A program made the translations under genes and the position numbers. This document shows positions 37,660-47,933 of a stretch of DNA of 64,000 nt, one piece after another. Numbering within the stretch: the first letter of the stretch is position 1; each line of letters opens with the position of its first letter. The DNA is from an uncultured Gemmataceae bacterium (lineage in GTDB: Bacteria > Planctomycetota > Planctomycetia > Gemmatales > Gemmataceae): NCBI GenBank assembly GCA_963750165.1, contig CAVVPN010000003.1, forward strand, positions 3,104,001 to 3,168,000, given 5' to 3'. The notes under the pieces were generated by a model. It saw nothing but the letters and a program-made list of their open reading frames with translations. It did no database searches and had not been told where the DNA came from.

Positions 37660-37672
37660 AGGGAGCGCGCTG

Positions 37673-38800
37673 ATGTCTGAGCCCACCGCGGATCGGCTGC
37701 GGCGCGGCGTCGTCGAACCGCTCAAGGAGCGTTTCGTCGGCCGTGACGAGGTCGTGGACCTGATCGCCCTGGCGGTGCTCGCCGGCGAACACCTGTTCCT
37801 GTACGGCCCGCCTGGCACCGCCAAGTCGGCACTGATCCGTCAGTTCGCGCTGGCCGTCCGCGGCCGCTACTTCGAGTACATGCTGACGCGCTTCTCCGAA
37901 CCCAACGAAATCTTCGGTCCCATCGACATCGCCCGGCTGCGCGAGGGCCGTGTCGTCACGGTCACCGCCGGTATGTTGCCCGAGGCGGAGGTCGTCTTCC
38001 TCGACGAACTGTTCAACGCCAACAGCGCCATCCTCAACAATTTGCTGACCGTCCTCAACGAGCGCGTCTATCGCCGCGGCGCCGAGACGCACCGGTTGCC
38101 GCTGCTGTCGCTGTTCTCGGCGTCCAACCACCTGCCCGAGGACGAGGCGCTGCGGGCGCTGTTCGACCGCTTTCTGCTGCGCTGCCACGTAAAGAACCTG
38201 CGGCCCGAGGAGATGCCGCGGTTGCTGCAGGCCGGCTGGGCGCTCGAGGCGGCGCCGGCCCCGGAGGCGCCGGTGTCCGCAGCGGAACTGGCCGCCCTGC
38301 ACGCGGGGCTCTATCGCGTGGAACTGGCGGGCGTGCTGGAGCCGTATGGCGAACTGGTGCGGAAGGTGCGCGACCTGGGCGTCGCCTTCTCGGACCGGCG
38401 GGCGGTCAAGGTGCTCAAGCTGCTGGCGGCGTCGGCGCTGCTGTGCGGCCGCAGCGCCTGCAACCCGTCCGACCTGTGGGTGCTGCGTTACGTCTGGGAC
38501 CGCGAGGAACAGATTGAACCGCTGGCGGCACTGGTCAACGGCGTTCTGCGTCAGCACGAGGACGCTGCGGATCGCCACGCCCTGGCCAACGTCCAGGCGG
38601 CGCCGGACGCGGAGGAGTTGGCTCGTCAGCTGGAAAGTATTGAGGGTCAGCTGAACGGAGCGCGGCTCAGCCTGAGTGCGGCCGCCCGGCTGCGCGAGCA
38701 GGTGGCGGAGCTGGCCGACCGGGCCGCGTGGTTGACCGACGGCGCCGGCCGTGCCCATTTGCTGGAGCGGACGCGCAAGTGCCTTGAACGCCTGGGGTGA
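37673..38800 (+). CDS. MoxR/RavA-like AAA+ ATPase
   Basis: FVGRDEVVDL, GEHLFLYGPPGTAKS (Walker A), FEYMLTRFSEPNEIFGP, VVFLDE (Walker B), SAILNNLL, ASN, LFDRFLLR, SDRR. Confidence 0.92.
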   Translation: MSEPTADRLRRGVVEPLKERFVGRDEVVDLIALAVLAGEHLFLYGPPGTAKSALIRQFALAVRGRYFEYMLTRFSEPNEIFGPIDIARLREGRVVTVTAGMLPEAEVVFLDELFNANSAILNNLLTVLNERVYRRGAETHRLPLLSLFSASNHLPEDEALRALFDRFLLRCHVKNLRPEEMPRLLQAGWALEAAPAPEAPVSAAELAALHAGLYRVELAGVLEPYGELVRKVRDLGVAFSDRRAVKVLKLLAASALLCGRSACNPSDLWVLRYVWDREEQIEPLAALVNGVLRQHEDAADRHALANVQAAPDAEELARQLESIEGQLNGARLSLSAAARLREQVAELADRAAWLTDGAGRAHLLERTRKCLERLG

Positions 38801-38802
38801 CC

Positions 38803-39531
38803 ATGAATCCGCCGCTGCACGACATCGGTTGCGCCAGTCTGCCGCCCGAAGCGCTGGCGGCGCTGGCGGAGGTGCGCGACCTGCCTGGCGTCACCGTGGC
38901 CCTGGCCGCCAGCCGCGCCTGGGTGCGCTGGCAGCCCGGCGACGAGCGCGTCCTGCGCCGGCTGCTGCCGGTGGCTGGCGTCGCGCTGTATGCGCAGCGC
39001 GACGGCCGCTGGTACCGCCACGGTCATCGTCTGCCAGCTTTCGACTTCCCCGCCGCGGCCGACCCGCAGCCGCTGTACGTCGCCTTGACGCCGGCCCCGG
39101 TACTGCCTGTGCCGCCGCCGTCATTGAATCCGCGGCCGGTCGTTCTGACGCTGGCCCCCGACACTCGGCCACGCCCCGCCACCGCCCTGCGCTGCGAACT
39201 GGCCGAGCTGGCGCGCTGGGCCGACACGGTGGCCGCCGACCGCCTCGCCATGCTCCACGCCGCGGTGAGTGCGAACCGGGTGCTGCTGCTGGGCCGCCGA
39301 CTGCCGTCGCTGACCGACGGCGAACGCTTCTGGGGTGACAGCCTGCTGTCACCGCTTGGCCAGCGGCCGGAGCCTGACCTGCCGCCGAGCGCCCTGCGCG
39401 CGGCGCTGGGCATCGCCGACGACGAACTGCTGCTGCTGGACGCAGCCGGGGCGGAGGCGGTGCCGCGCGCCGCGTTCAGGCCGTTGACGCGGGCCGGCCT
39501 CCACCTGGCTCTCGGGGAGGACGCGCCGTGA
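38803..39531 (+). CDS. MoxR-system component (bpX2-like)
   Basis: Coupled on both sides (GTG 38797 overlaps the upstream stop; its own stop overlaps GTG 39528); LARWA, LLLGRRLPSL.DGERFW, PLG.RP.PDL. Confidence 0.6.
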   Translation: MNPPLHDIGCASLPPEALAALAEVRDLPGVTVALAASRAWVRWQPGDERVLRRLLPVAGVALYAQRDGRWYRHGHRLPAFDFPAAADPQPLYVALTPAPVLPVPPPSLNPRPVVLTLAPDTRPRPATALRCELAELARWADTVAADRLAMLHAAVSANRVLLLGRRLPSLTDGERFWGDSLLSPLGQRPEPDLPPSALRAALGIADDELLLLDAAGAEAVPRAAFRPLTRAGLHLALGEDAP

Positions 39532-42365
39532 CGCCCGCCGAACTGTACCTGCGACTGGTCCGCGACTACTGCGACTACCTCGGGGGCGTGCGCTGGTCCT
39601 TCAAGGACGACGCCCTGGAATACGGCGACGGCCTGACGTTCGCGCTCACCGAGGAGGTCGCGCTGTTCCTGGAGGGTTTCGCCTCCCGCGGCGGCCGGCT
39701 GATCCATTTCGCATTCTTGCTGAACCTGATGCACCTGTTGCGGCACACGCATCGGCCGGCGGGACCGAACGGGCTGCCGCTCAGCAGCGTTTTCATCGAC
39801 GCCGGCCGGCCACTGCGCAACGCCGGCGCCTTCTGCGCCGCCCTGTGCGGCGACGTGCCCGACGCCACCGGCCGGCCCGACGCCAGCGCCGTCCTGGATC
39901 GGTTGCGCAATCCCCTGCGGCCCATCCGCTGGCACATCGTCAGCTTTCACGACACCTTCTTCCCCGCCGAGGTGCCGCCGCTGGACCCGGTCACCTTTGA
40001 GGCGCTGGTGCTGAAGCGCCTGGAGGCGTACACGGCGGAGGAACTGTGGCAGTGGCTGCGGCACGGCTGCGGCCCCGTCAAGCAGGCCGGCGCCGCCCTG
40101 GCCCGCGCCCTGCCGCCGACGCGGACCCTTGCCGGCGCCCTCGCGGCGCTGCTGGAACGTCCGCGCCTGGCCGGCGCCCGGCCGTTCGTCTCGCAACTCA
40201 TCAGCGCGCTGACCCTGCCGCCGCGGCGCGTGCCGCCGGAGTTGCCGCTGGGCGGCTACGCCGACGTGACCACGCGCGGCCATCCCGATCAACTGCTGCC
40301 GAGTCAATTCGCCCTGGACGAGTGGGATTTTCTGCGCCGCCACGCTGACAACGAGTTGCTCTACTTCCGCCGCGAGGAGCCGCACGCCCACACGCGCTAC
40401 GAACTGGTCGTGCTGCTGGACCAGGGCGTGCGCACCTGGGGCGAGGTGCGACTGGTGCTCGGCGCCGCGGTGCTGGCGCTGGGCCGGCGGGCGGCGCGCG
40501 TGAAGTTGCCGTTCACCGTGGCCGCCACCAGCAACGGCGGCGCGACCCTTGACCCGCTGACGGCGAACGACGAGGCGCTGGGCAAATTGGTGGAGGCGAG
40601 CGACCTGTCAGCCAACCCGGGGCTGGCGCTGGAGCGGCTGCTGGAGCGCGACGCCGACCGGCCGCGCGACGTGGTGCTGCTGACGCACCCGCGCAACCTG
40701 CGCGAGGAGGACGTGACCGCGGCCGCCCGCCGCGCCGCCCCGGAAACGCGGCTGCTGGCGCTGGCGCTGGACGGTCACGGCCAGGCCAGCCTGAGCGAGC
40801 TGCGCCACGGCGTCCCGGTGCAGTTGCGCCAGTTCCGCGTGGACTTCAGCCAGGCCGCACCGCCACTGCCAACCCCGGCTCCGTCGCCCGACCGGTCCGG
40901 TGCGTGGAGCGGCGAAGTGGAGCCGATCGGCTTCCCCTTTCGAGTCGGTGCCGGCGGTGGCGTGGGTTCGGCCCTGTTCGACTTCGACCACACCGGCCGC
41001 TGGCTGCTCATGGCCGGTGCGGACGGCATGCTGCACCTGTGGAAGCTGGACGGCAGCGGGCGAGGGGAATTGTTGCCGCGGGCCATCCTCGGGCAGCAGT
41101 TGCTGACCAAATTGGACACGGTCATCGGCGTGTTCGGCGGCTTCGTGGCGTCCGGTGGCGACGCGCAGCACTACCTGCTCGCCCATTACGACATCGACCG
41201 GCGGACTTGTAAGTGCTATAACCTGACGGGCCTGGTCGAGCCCGGTTCGCAATCTCATGCCTGGTATTACTCGCCGGAACACCATGCTGTGGTGCCGTGC
41301 GTTCCAGATCGCGTGCCGGTCATCGCCCTGGACCTGAGTCACGGTGCTTTTTACCCCGTGCAGTTCAATTTGCAGGGGCAGCACGCAGTACGGGCGCGGC
41401 AAGCCCGAGACGCCGTGGAGCAGGGGCACCTGACCCCCCGGCGGCTCGCCTGTGTGAACGGCGTCGCCGATGTCCGACACCGCCCCAGGCATGGCTGCGC
41501 CCTGGACGCGGAGTCCGGCCGGCTCGACGTGTTCGGCTTTCAACCGCCCTGGAACCTCTTTGTGCCACTCGCCGACGGCCATCCATTCCTGAAGGGCTGC
41601 ACGCTTCTGGAGGCGGAGTGCCGCGGCAACGTGCTGGCCGTGAAGGTGCTTCGCCGCGACGGCGGCGTGCGGCTGCGGTTGTTCCAGGGGCCGCACGGGG
41701 TGCCGCTCGCCGAGTACAACGTCGCCCACCAGCAGCACACCTTCGCGCTGTCGGCCGATGGCGCACGCCTGGCGCTGCAGGTCAGCGGCTGGGGCGTCGA
41801 GGTCCGCGACATCGCCGGCCGCGTCGTGGCCATCGTCGCCAGTCGCGCGAACAACGGGTCATTCCAGATCGAGTTCCTGCTCGGCGAGGACTGGCTGGTG
41901 TTGCGCAAGGGCCGGTCCAACGTGCATCTGTTGCGCTGGCACCGCGGCACGCTGGAGCTGCGTCAGTGGTTCAGCAACGGCCAGTGCCGCTCCGACACGC
42001 CCATTTTGGAAGACGCCGAGACGATGACGTTCCTGCGTAACGCACTCGGCAGGCCACCCCACAAAGGTGCGGCCGGCAAAGCGGCGGCGGTCCCGTCCTC
42101 CGTGCAGTATGACCGCGAGCGCTTCGTGATGGCGGCCCGGTTCGGCCTGAGCGTCATCCTCGATCGCTACGGCCAACTGGCGGTGTTCGACCGGCAGGAA
42201 AAACTGATCTGCATGTTCTTCGTGTTCCGCGATCAACTTTCCGGTTGGCTACCGGACGGCACCTGCTTCGGGCCGTCCACCGCCGCCAATCGGCCGCCGA
42301 CGCCCGGCGATCTGGAGAAGTTCGGCAAGGCCCTGGCCGCGGCCCCGTCGGAGGTGACGCCGTGA
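39528..42365 (+). CDS. ViaA-like degenerate vWA protein with beta-rich C-terminal region (bpX0/bpX1-like)
   Basis: LGGYADVTTRGHPDQLLPSQFA...FLRRHADNELLYFRREEP pre-vWA motif; VVLLDQGVRTWG degenerate MIDAS; beta-strand-rich C-terminal half. Confidence 0.7.
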   Translation: MTPAELYLRLVRDYCDYLGGVRWSFKDDALEYGDGLTFALTEEVALFLEGFASRGGRLIHFAFLLNLMHLLRHTHRPAGPNGLPLSSVFIDAGRPLRNAGAFCAALCGDVPDATGRPDASAVLDRLRNPLRPIRWHIVSFHDTFFPAEVPPLDPVTFEALVLKRLEAYTAEELWQWLRHGCGPVKQAGAALARALPPTRTLAGALAALLERPRLAGARPFVSQLISALTLPPRRVPPELPLGGYADVTTRGHPDQLLPSQFALDEWDFLRRHADNELLYFRREEPHAHTRYELVVLLDQGVRTWGEVRLVLGAAVLALGRRAARVKLPFTVAATSNGGATLDPLTANDEALGKLVEASDLSANPGLALERLLERDADRPRDVVLLTHPRNLREEDVTAAARRAAPETRLLALALDGHGQASLSELRHGVPVQLRQFRVDFSQAAPPLPTPAPSPDRSGAWSGEVEPIGFPFRVGAGGGVGSALFDFDHTGRWLLMAGADGMLHLWKLDGSGRGELLPRAILGQQLLTKLDTVIGVFGGFVASGGDAQHYLLAHYDIDRRTCKCYNLTGLVEPGSQSHAWYYSPEHHAVVPCVPDRVPVIALDLSHGAFYPVQFNLQGQHAVRARQARDAVEQGHLTPRRLACVNGVADVRHRPRHGCALDAESGRLDVFGFQPPWNLFVPLADGHPFLKGCTLLEAECRGNVLAVKVLRRDGGVRLRLFQGPHGVPLAEYNVAHQQHTFALSADGARLALQVSGWGVEVRDIAGRVVAIVASRANNGSFQIEFLLGEDWLVLRKGRSNVHLLRWHRGTLELRQWFSNGQCRSDTPILEDAETMTFLRNALGRPPHKGAAGKAAAVPSSVQYDRERFVMAARFGLSVILDRYGQLAVFDRQEKLICMFFVFRDQLSGWLPDGTCFGPSTAANRPPTPGDLEKFGKALAAAPSEVTP

Positions 42366-45122
42366 AAACGCCCTTCCGCCTGTGGCGCCGGCCTGTCCCC
42401 GAGGCCGCCACCGCGCTGCTACTGCCCACGCACGACGCCGCGGCGCTGGCCGCGCTGTGCGTCCGCCTCGGCCTCGACCCGCTGCCGCCGGTGTTCGCCG
42501 TCGCCGACGGCTTCCTGCTGAAACTGCCGCGGCCGCGCGCCGAACCGCTCGGCGGTGTGGTGCGGCTGCGCGCCTGGCGGACCACCTGCTGCTGCCCGTG
42601 GACGCCGACCTGGCGCCGGCGCTGCTGGCCGACGAGGCCGCTGATCTTGTGAAGCGCCGCGGCCTCGTCTTCCTGCCCGGCGGCCGTGTCCTGGCGTTCG
42701 ATCCGGGACAACCGCTCCCGCTCTCAGCCGTGGTCGTGGCCTGGTCGGGAGACCCGGCCACAACAAAAGGGGTACGGCGCGGCGTCTGGCAATCGCTGCC
42801 GGAGCCGCCGCCGCTGGCGGAGCGCCTCACGGAGATCACGCTGGAGTTGCCTGAATTGCCGCCCGACGATCTGCTGGCCGCCGGCGCCGGCGACATCGGC
42901 AGCGAGGCGCCACAACCGGACACCGGCCTGGCGTCGCAGGCGCTGGGCCACGCGGCCTTCGGCGCCGGCAAGGCGCTGGCGTGGCTGGGCAAAATGCTCG
43001 GCTCGAAAAACCTGGCGAAAAAGGGCATGGACTGGATGGAGTCCGGACTGCACCAGGCACCGAAGCTGGCCGATTCGGTGCTGGGCAAGCAGGAGGCGGC
43101 CCTGCGGGCCCTGCTCAGCGCCCTCCGCAGAGGCGACGTGGAGAAAGCGCTGCGGCGGGCGCTGCCGCTGGGCGGCGACGGCGGCCGCGGCGCGCGTCCC
43201 GTGGGCGGCGCCTGGCTGCCGTTCCAGAACCTGCTGTATTCGCTGTCCAACCTGCTGGGCAGCAGCGGCGGAGGCGGCGGCTACTGGGCCGCCAGTCACG
43301 ACCTGTACCGCGCACTGGAGGCCGAGTATCGCAAGCAGGCGGAGCTGGCGGAGCGGCGCGGCGACCATCGCCGGGCGGCGTACATCTATGGCAAGTTGCT
43401 ACACGACTACCGCGCCGCCGCGGCGGTGCTGTCGCGCGGCGGCCTGCACCGCGACGCGGCCACGCTCTACCTCAACCGCCTCGACGACGCGCTGGCCGCG
43501 GCCCGCGAGTACGAGGCTGCGGGCGACACCGACAAGGCGCTGGCCCTGTACCGCAAGTGTGGCGAGCACCTGCTGGCCGGCGACCTGCTGCGCCGCGTCG
43601 GCGACGAGGACGAGGCGCTGACGGAGTACCGCCGCGCCGCGGACCAGGCGGTAGCGACCGGCAAGGGCCACTATCAGGCGGGCGAGCTGCTGCGGACGCG
43701 CGCCGGCCGTGAGGACCTGGCGGTGCCGTACTACGAGCAGGGCTGGGCGCTGCGGCCGGCCGGCAGTGCGGTGCCGTGCGCCGTGCGGCTGGCGCAATGG
43801 CACGCCCGCGCCGCCGCCGTGGCGCCGCTGCTGGCCCTGGCGGCGGAGGCGGACGAATACCTGGGGCCGCGCGGCAACGACGGCCCGGCCGGTGAGTTTT
43901 ACAACGAACTGGCCCGATTGGCGGACCAGCACTTCACGGGCCCCGACCGCGACGACCTGCGCGACCTGGCCCTGACGCGCATCGCCGGCAAGCTGCGGCA
44001 GCGAGCCGAGGCGGGCCTGGCGACGGCGGACCTGGTTTCGACCCTGCTCGGCCAGGCGCCGCATTGGGCGCCGGCTGTGGTCAGTGACGCCCAGTTCGCG
44101 CTGCGGCGCGGCCGCGCCCCGTGGCGCCGGCCACTCCCGCCGTCAGTTCCATCACGCGCGTGACCGTCCAGGCGCGGACGCGCCTGGTGACGGCCGTCTG
44201 TCAGTCAGGCGACGGCGCCGTCGTCCTCGGCTTCGCGAGCGGCGAGGTGATCCGTTTCCGGCCGAAGACGGGCGAGGTGTCCACGGTCTGGGACGAGCAC
44301 AGCGCCGTGCTGTCGCTGGCGACCGGCCAGGACGGATCCTCCTTGTTCGTCGTCGGCGCCTGCGGCGGCGGCGTGGTCAACGTGACGAGCCTGGACGGAC
44401 AGGGACGGGAGCCGCTGACCCGGCGTCTGGTGAAGGCGACGGACGCCGCCTGGCTCTGCCCCGAAGCGCTCGGCGACGACCACCGCGCCGTCGTCGGCCT
44501 GTGGACCGGTTCGGGGGTGCGCTTCCTCCAGGCCGGCGACCTGGCCTCCCTGGACAACTGGGAATTCGCTCGCGGCTGCGTTCCCTGTACGGCCGGCGTG
44601 CTTTTGCCCACATCGCGGAACCAGCCGAGCGGCGCCACCCTGCTGGCCTTCGTCGGCCACCACTTCGCCTGTTACGAGCACGCCGTCACCTCAGAGGACA
44701 CGTTCGATCTGCAGCCCGGCTGGCAGCCGGCGGTGCCGCACGGCGGCAGTCTGCGCCGGCCGGCGCTGAACTGGCTGCGGCGTGGCACGGCTGGCGTCGA
44801 GGTCACCGGCATCACCGCGGAGGGTCAGGTGTACGCCTCGGAGGTGCGCTTCGAGGACGACCAGTTCCGCGTCGGCAGCGCCGCCACGGACGGCAAGCCG
44901 CCCTACCTGGCCGCCGCGTTGCTGCGTCCCGGCCTGGTCGCGGCGGTGACGGCGAACGCCATCGTCCGCCTGCGCCGTGAGGGGAGCAACTTCCGCATCC
45001 TCGCCCGCACCGACGTGGCCCTGGCGTGGCCGGTGGCCTGCTTCGCCCACCACGGGACGCGCGAGTTGATCGTCGTCTGCTCCGATGGCACGCTGGTCCG
45101 CGTGCCGATCGCCGGCTATTAA
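42362..45122 (+). CDS. MoxR-system component: N-terminal domain, TPR-like solenoid, C-terminal beta-propeller-like region (about 920 aa; frameshifts near 42573 and 44117)
   Basis: GTGA overlap start. One added C at 42573-4 gives VRLRALADHLLLP; one added C at 44117-20 gives RAPVAPATPAV. GDVEKALRRALPL, YRKQAELAERRGDHRRAAYIYGKLL, TPR-like repeats. Confidence 0.7.
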
Positions 45123-45140
45123 TTCAACGCGATGGTCGCG

Positions 45141-45195
45141 CGTAGTACCACCTTCGGGCGGTTTGGAACGAAGACCGCCGGAAGGCGGTACTACG
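45141..45195. repeat. GTAG-type REP doublet (family C) between convergent genes
   Basis: CGTAGTACCACCTTCGGGCGG...CCGCCGGAAGGCGGTACTACG. Confidence 0.7.
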
Positions 45196-45210
45196 AACGA
45201 AGAGGGTCGG

Positions 45211-47697
45211 TCACTCGCGCCGCGCCTGTAGCCGCTCCAGGCTCGCCCGCGCCTCCTGGCCCAGCCGCGCCGCCGCCTCGGACTGGTGCGCCTCCAGCAG
45301 CGGCCGCACCTCCGCCGTGCCGATCAACTCCAATACCTCAAACGCCCGCAGCGTCCGCAGCTGGCCCTCCGACAGCGAGGCCGACTCCAACTTGCCCAGC
45401 ACCATCTGCAAGCGCCGCTGCATCTCCGCTGAGGTCGGCTGCGCCAGCCGCTGCCGCAGCAGCGGCTCCGCCAGGTCGCTCCACTGCGTCAACTCCGCCG
45501 TCGCCTGGTCGCGCACCTGGAACCGCTTGTCGTCCAGGTCGCTCAGCAGTTTCGCCAGCCGCTCGGCGGACTGCACCGGCAGCGGCCGCAGACGCTGGCC
45601 CAGGTACTCGACCGCCTGCCGTGGCGCCGCCACCAACCGCCGCACCGCTGCGTGCGCCCGGTCCGCCTCGGCGCTGCCCAGGTCCGCCCACAAGCGCTCC
45701 AGCTCCGCCGCCGGCAACGGCCCCGGCCGGGCTGGGCCGCTCATGTCCCACACCAGCAGCGTGCTGTCCGCGCCGCCGGTCACCAGCGTGTGGCCGTCCG
45801 GCGCGAACGCCAGGCAGCGCACGCCGCCCGGGTGGCCCGCGAAACTGCGCCGCTCGCGCAGCGTCGCCACCTCCCACAGCCGCACCGCCGCGTCGCCGCC
45901 GCCCACCGCCAGCGTTCGCCCGTCCGGCGAGAACGTCACCTGATAAAGCCGTGCCTGGCCGCCCGTGATCCGGCCCAGTTCCTTGCCGGTTGCCGCGTCC
46001 CACAGGAACACCGTTCCCTGCCAGTCGCCGCTGCCCGCCGCCAGCACCCGGCCGTCCGGCGACCACGCCACCGCCTTGATGGCGTCCTCGTGCGTGCCGT
46101 AGCGGCGCACCTCCGCGCCGGTCGCCACCTCCCAGTGGCGCACCGTGCGGTCCAGGCTGCCCGTAATCAGCGCCTTGCCGTCGCGGCTGAACGCCAGCGT
46201 GGTGATGCGGCCGTCGTGACCCTTGCACAGACACTGCGCTTTGCCCGTCTTCACGTCCAGGAGCGTCACCTGGCCGTCATCGCCGCCGATTGCCAGATGT
46301 TTGCCGTCCGGCGTGAACGCCAGCGCCGTCACGCGCTGGTCGAGCGAACTGTCGTTGTCCTCCGGCCACGGCGGCGGCAGCGGCTTGCCGGTGGCGGCGT
46401 CCCACAGCCGCGGCAGCTTTTCCTTCTCGCCGCCGGACGCCAGCACCTTGCCGTCCGGCGCGAACGCCAGGCACAACACCGCCCCGGTGTGGCCAGCGCA
46501 CACGCGCACTTCCTTGCCGGTCGCCGCGTCCCACAACCGCACTTCCGTGTCCCGGTCGTTGGCGTCGCCGCCCGCGGTCGCCAGCAGCTTGCCGCCCGGC
46601 GCGAACGCCAGCGCCCGCAGCGGACTGCTGTGGCCGCGCAACGGCCGCACGTCCGCCCCGGTCGCCACGTCCCAGACGTGCAGCGTTTGCGCGTCGGCGC
46701 CTGCCAGCGCCAGCCGCCGGCCGTCCGGCGAGAACGCCAGGCCGTTCACCCAGCCCTGATAGCCCGTCAACTGCCGCACCAGCTTGCCGCTGGGCGCGTC
46801 CCACAACCGCACCTCGCCGTTCATGGTCGCGCCTGCCACCAGCTTGCCGTCCGGCGAAAACGTCAGCGACAGGCCGCCGTGCGGTTGCTCGAACTGGCGG
46901 ATCACCTTGCGCTGCGCCAGGTCCCACAGCCGCACCGGCTCGAACGGGTTGCCCGACACCAGCCGCTTGCCGTCCGGCGAAAACGCCACCGACAGCACAC
47001 CGCGCTCATGGCCGCCCAGCCGGTATTGCTGGACGCCGGTGCGCGCGTCCCACAGATGGATGGATTTGTCCTCGATCTCGCCGCCGACGGAGGCCAGCTC
47101 CAGCCGGCTCGGCGACACGTGGATGGCCGCGGTCGAGCCCAGGTGCTTCCAGCCGTGAACCGGCCGGCCCGTGGCCACCTCCCAGTGAACCACCTGGTCG
47201 CAGCCAATCGACAGCAGCATCTTGCCATCGGGGCTGAACGCCAGCGTGTACGCGGGCTGCTTGTGGCCCTCGAAGCGGCTCAGTTCCTTGCCCGTGGCCA
47301 CGTCCCAGATACGCACCGCCGTGTTGCCGCCCTTGCACGGGTCGCCGCCGGCCGCGGCCAGGTGCTTGCCGTCCGGCGTGAACGCCAGGGCGTAGAAGTC
47401 GGTGTCCGGTTCGTGGAACTGCCGCAGCTGCCGGCCCGAGTCGGCCTCCCACAGTCGCACCGTGCGGTCGCGGCCCAGCGACGCCAGCGTTTTGCCGTCC
47501 GGCGCGTACACCAGGGCGCACACGCCGTCGCCGTGACGGTAGCGGATGGTGCCCAGCCGCCGCAGCGCTTCGGCCGGCAGCGGGTCGCCCAGGTCGTCGG
47601 TGGCGATCGGGGGACCGGGCAACTGGGCCGCGGCGACGGGCGCGGCGCCGAGCAGGGCCAGCGCAGCACAGAACAGGCGGGTCGATAACCGGGACAT
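45211..47697 (-). CDS. Secreted WD40-repeat protein with C-terminal HEAT-like helical domain
   Basis: Signal peptide; DDLGDPLPAEALRRLGTIRYRHG; about 14 WD repeats; LWADL...RFQVRDQATAEL...LRAFEVLELIG tail; GGGAGGG RBS. Confidence 0.9.
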   Translation of the reverse strand: MSRLSTRLFCAALALLGAAPVAAAQLPGPPIATDDLGDPLPAEALRRLGTIRYRHGDGVCALVYAPDGKTLASLGRDRTVRLWEADSGRQLRQFHEPDTDFYALAFTPDGKHLAAAGGDPCKGGNTAVRIWDVATGKELSRFEGHKQPAYTLAFSPDGKMLLSIGCDQVVHWEVATGRPVHGWKHLGSTAAIHVSPSRLELASVGGEIEDKSIHLWDARTGVQQYRLGGHERGVLSVAFSPDGKRLVSGNPFEPVRLWDLAQRKVIRQFEQPHGGLSLTFSPDGKLVAGATMNGEVRLWDAPSGKLVRQLTGYQGWVNGLAFSPDGRRLALAGADAQTLHVWDVATGADVRPLRGHSSPLRALAFAPGGKLLATAGGDANDRDTEVRLWDAATGKEVRVCAGHTGAVLCLAFAPDGKVLASGGEKEKLPRLWDAATGKPLPPPWPEDNDSSLDQRVTALAFTPDGKHLAIGGDDGQVTLLDVKTGKAQCLCKGHDGRITTLAFSRDGKALITGSLDRTVRHWEVATGAEVRRYGTHEDAIKAVAWSPDGRVLAAGSGDWQGTVFLWDAATGKELGRITGGQARLYQVTFSPDGRTLAVGGGDAAVRLWEVATLRERRSFAGHPGGVRCLAFAPDGHTLVTGGADSTLLVWDMSGPARPGPLPAAELERLWADLGSAEADRAHAAVRRLVAAPRQAVEYLGQRLRPLPVQSAERLAKLLSDLDDKRFQVRDQATAELTQWSDLAEPLLRQRLAQPTSAEMQRRLQMVLGKLESASLSEGQLRTLRAFEVLELIGTAEVRPLLEAHQSEAAARLGQEARASLERLQARRE

Positions 47698-47933
47698 GAG
47701 GATACCCCTCCCTGGGTGGACGGTGAGGCGGACGGAGCGCGACGGGAACGGACGCGAAAGCGGGGTGCGGTGCGGGGTGTGGGTCGCGAGCGCGGCTCCA
47801 GCGGCGGCGAACGGTGCGACGGACGCCCGGCCCGGGGAGGGGCCGGCTGCCGGGCCGCTAATAAACGGACTTTCGCTAAAGAAAACAAGACGGATTTTGG
47901 CTAACGCCGCGCCGCTCACCCAATTCCAGAGGC

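Noticed and set aside
42570..44120. Programmed frameshifting or phase variation in the last MoxR-system gene
   Set aside because: The runs are only 2-4 nt with no slippery heptamer, and identical breaks occur in housekeeping genes, so sequencing error is more parsimonious.
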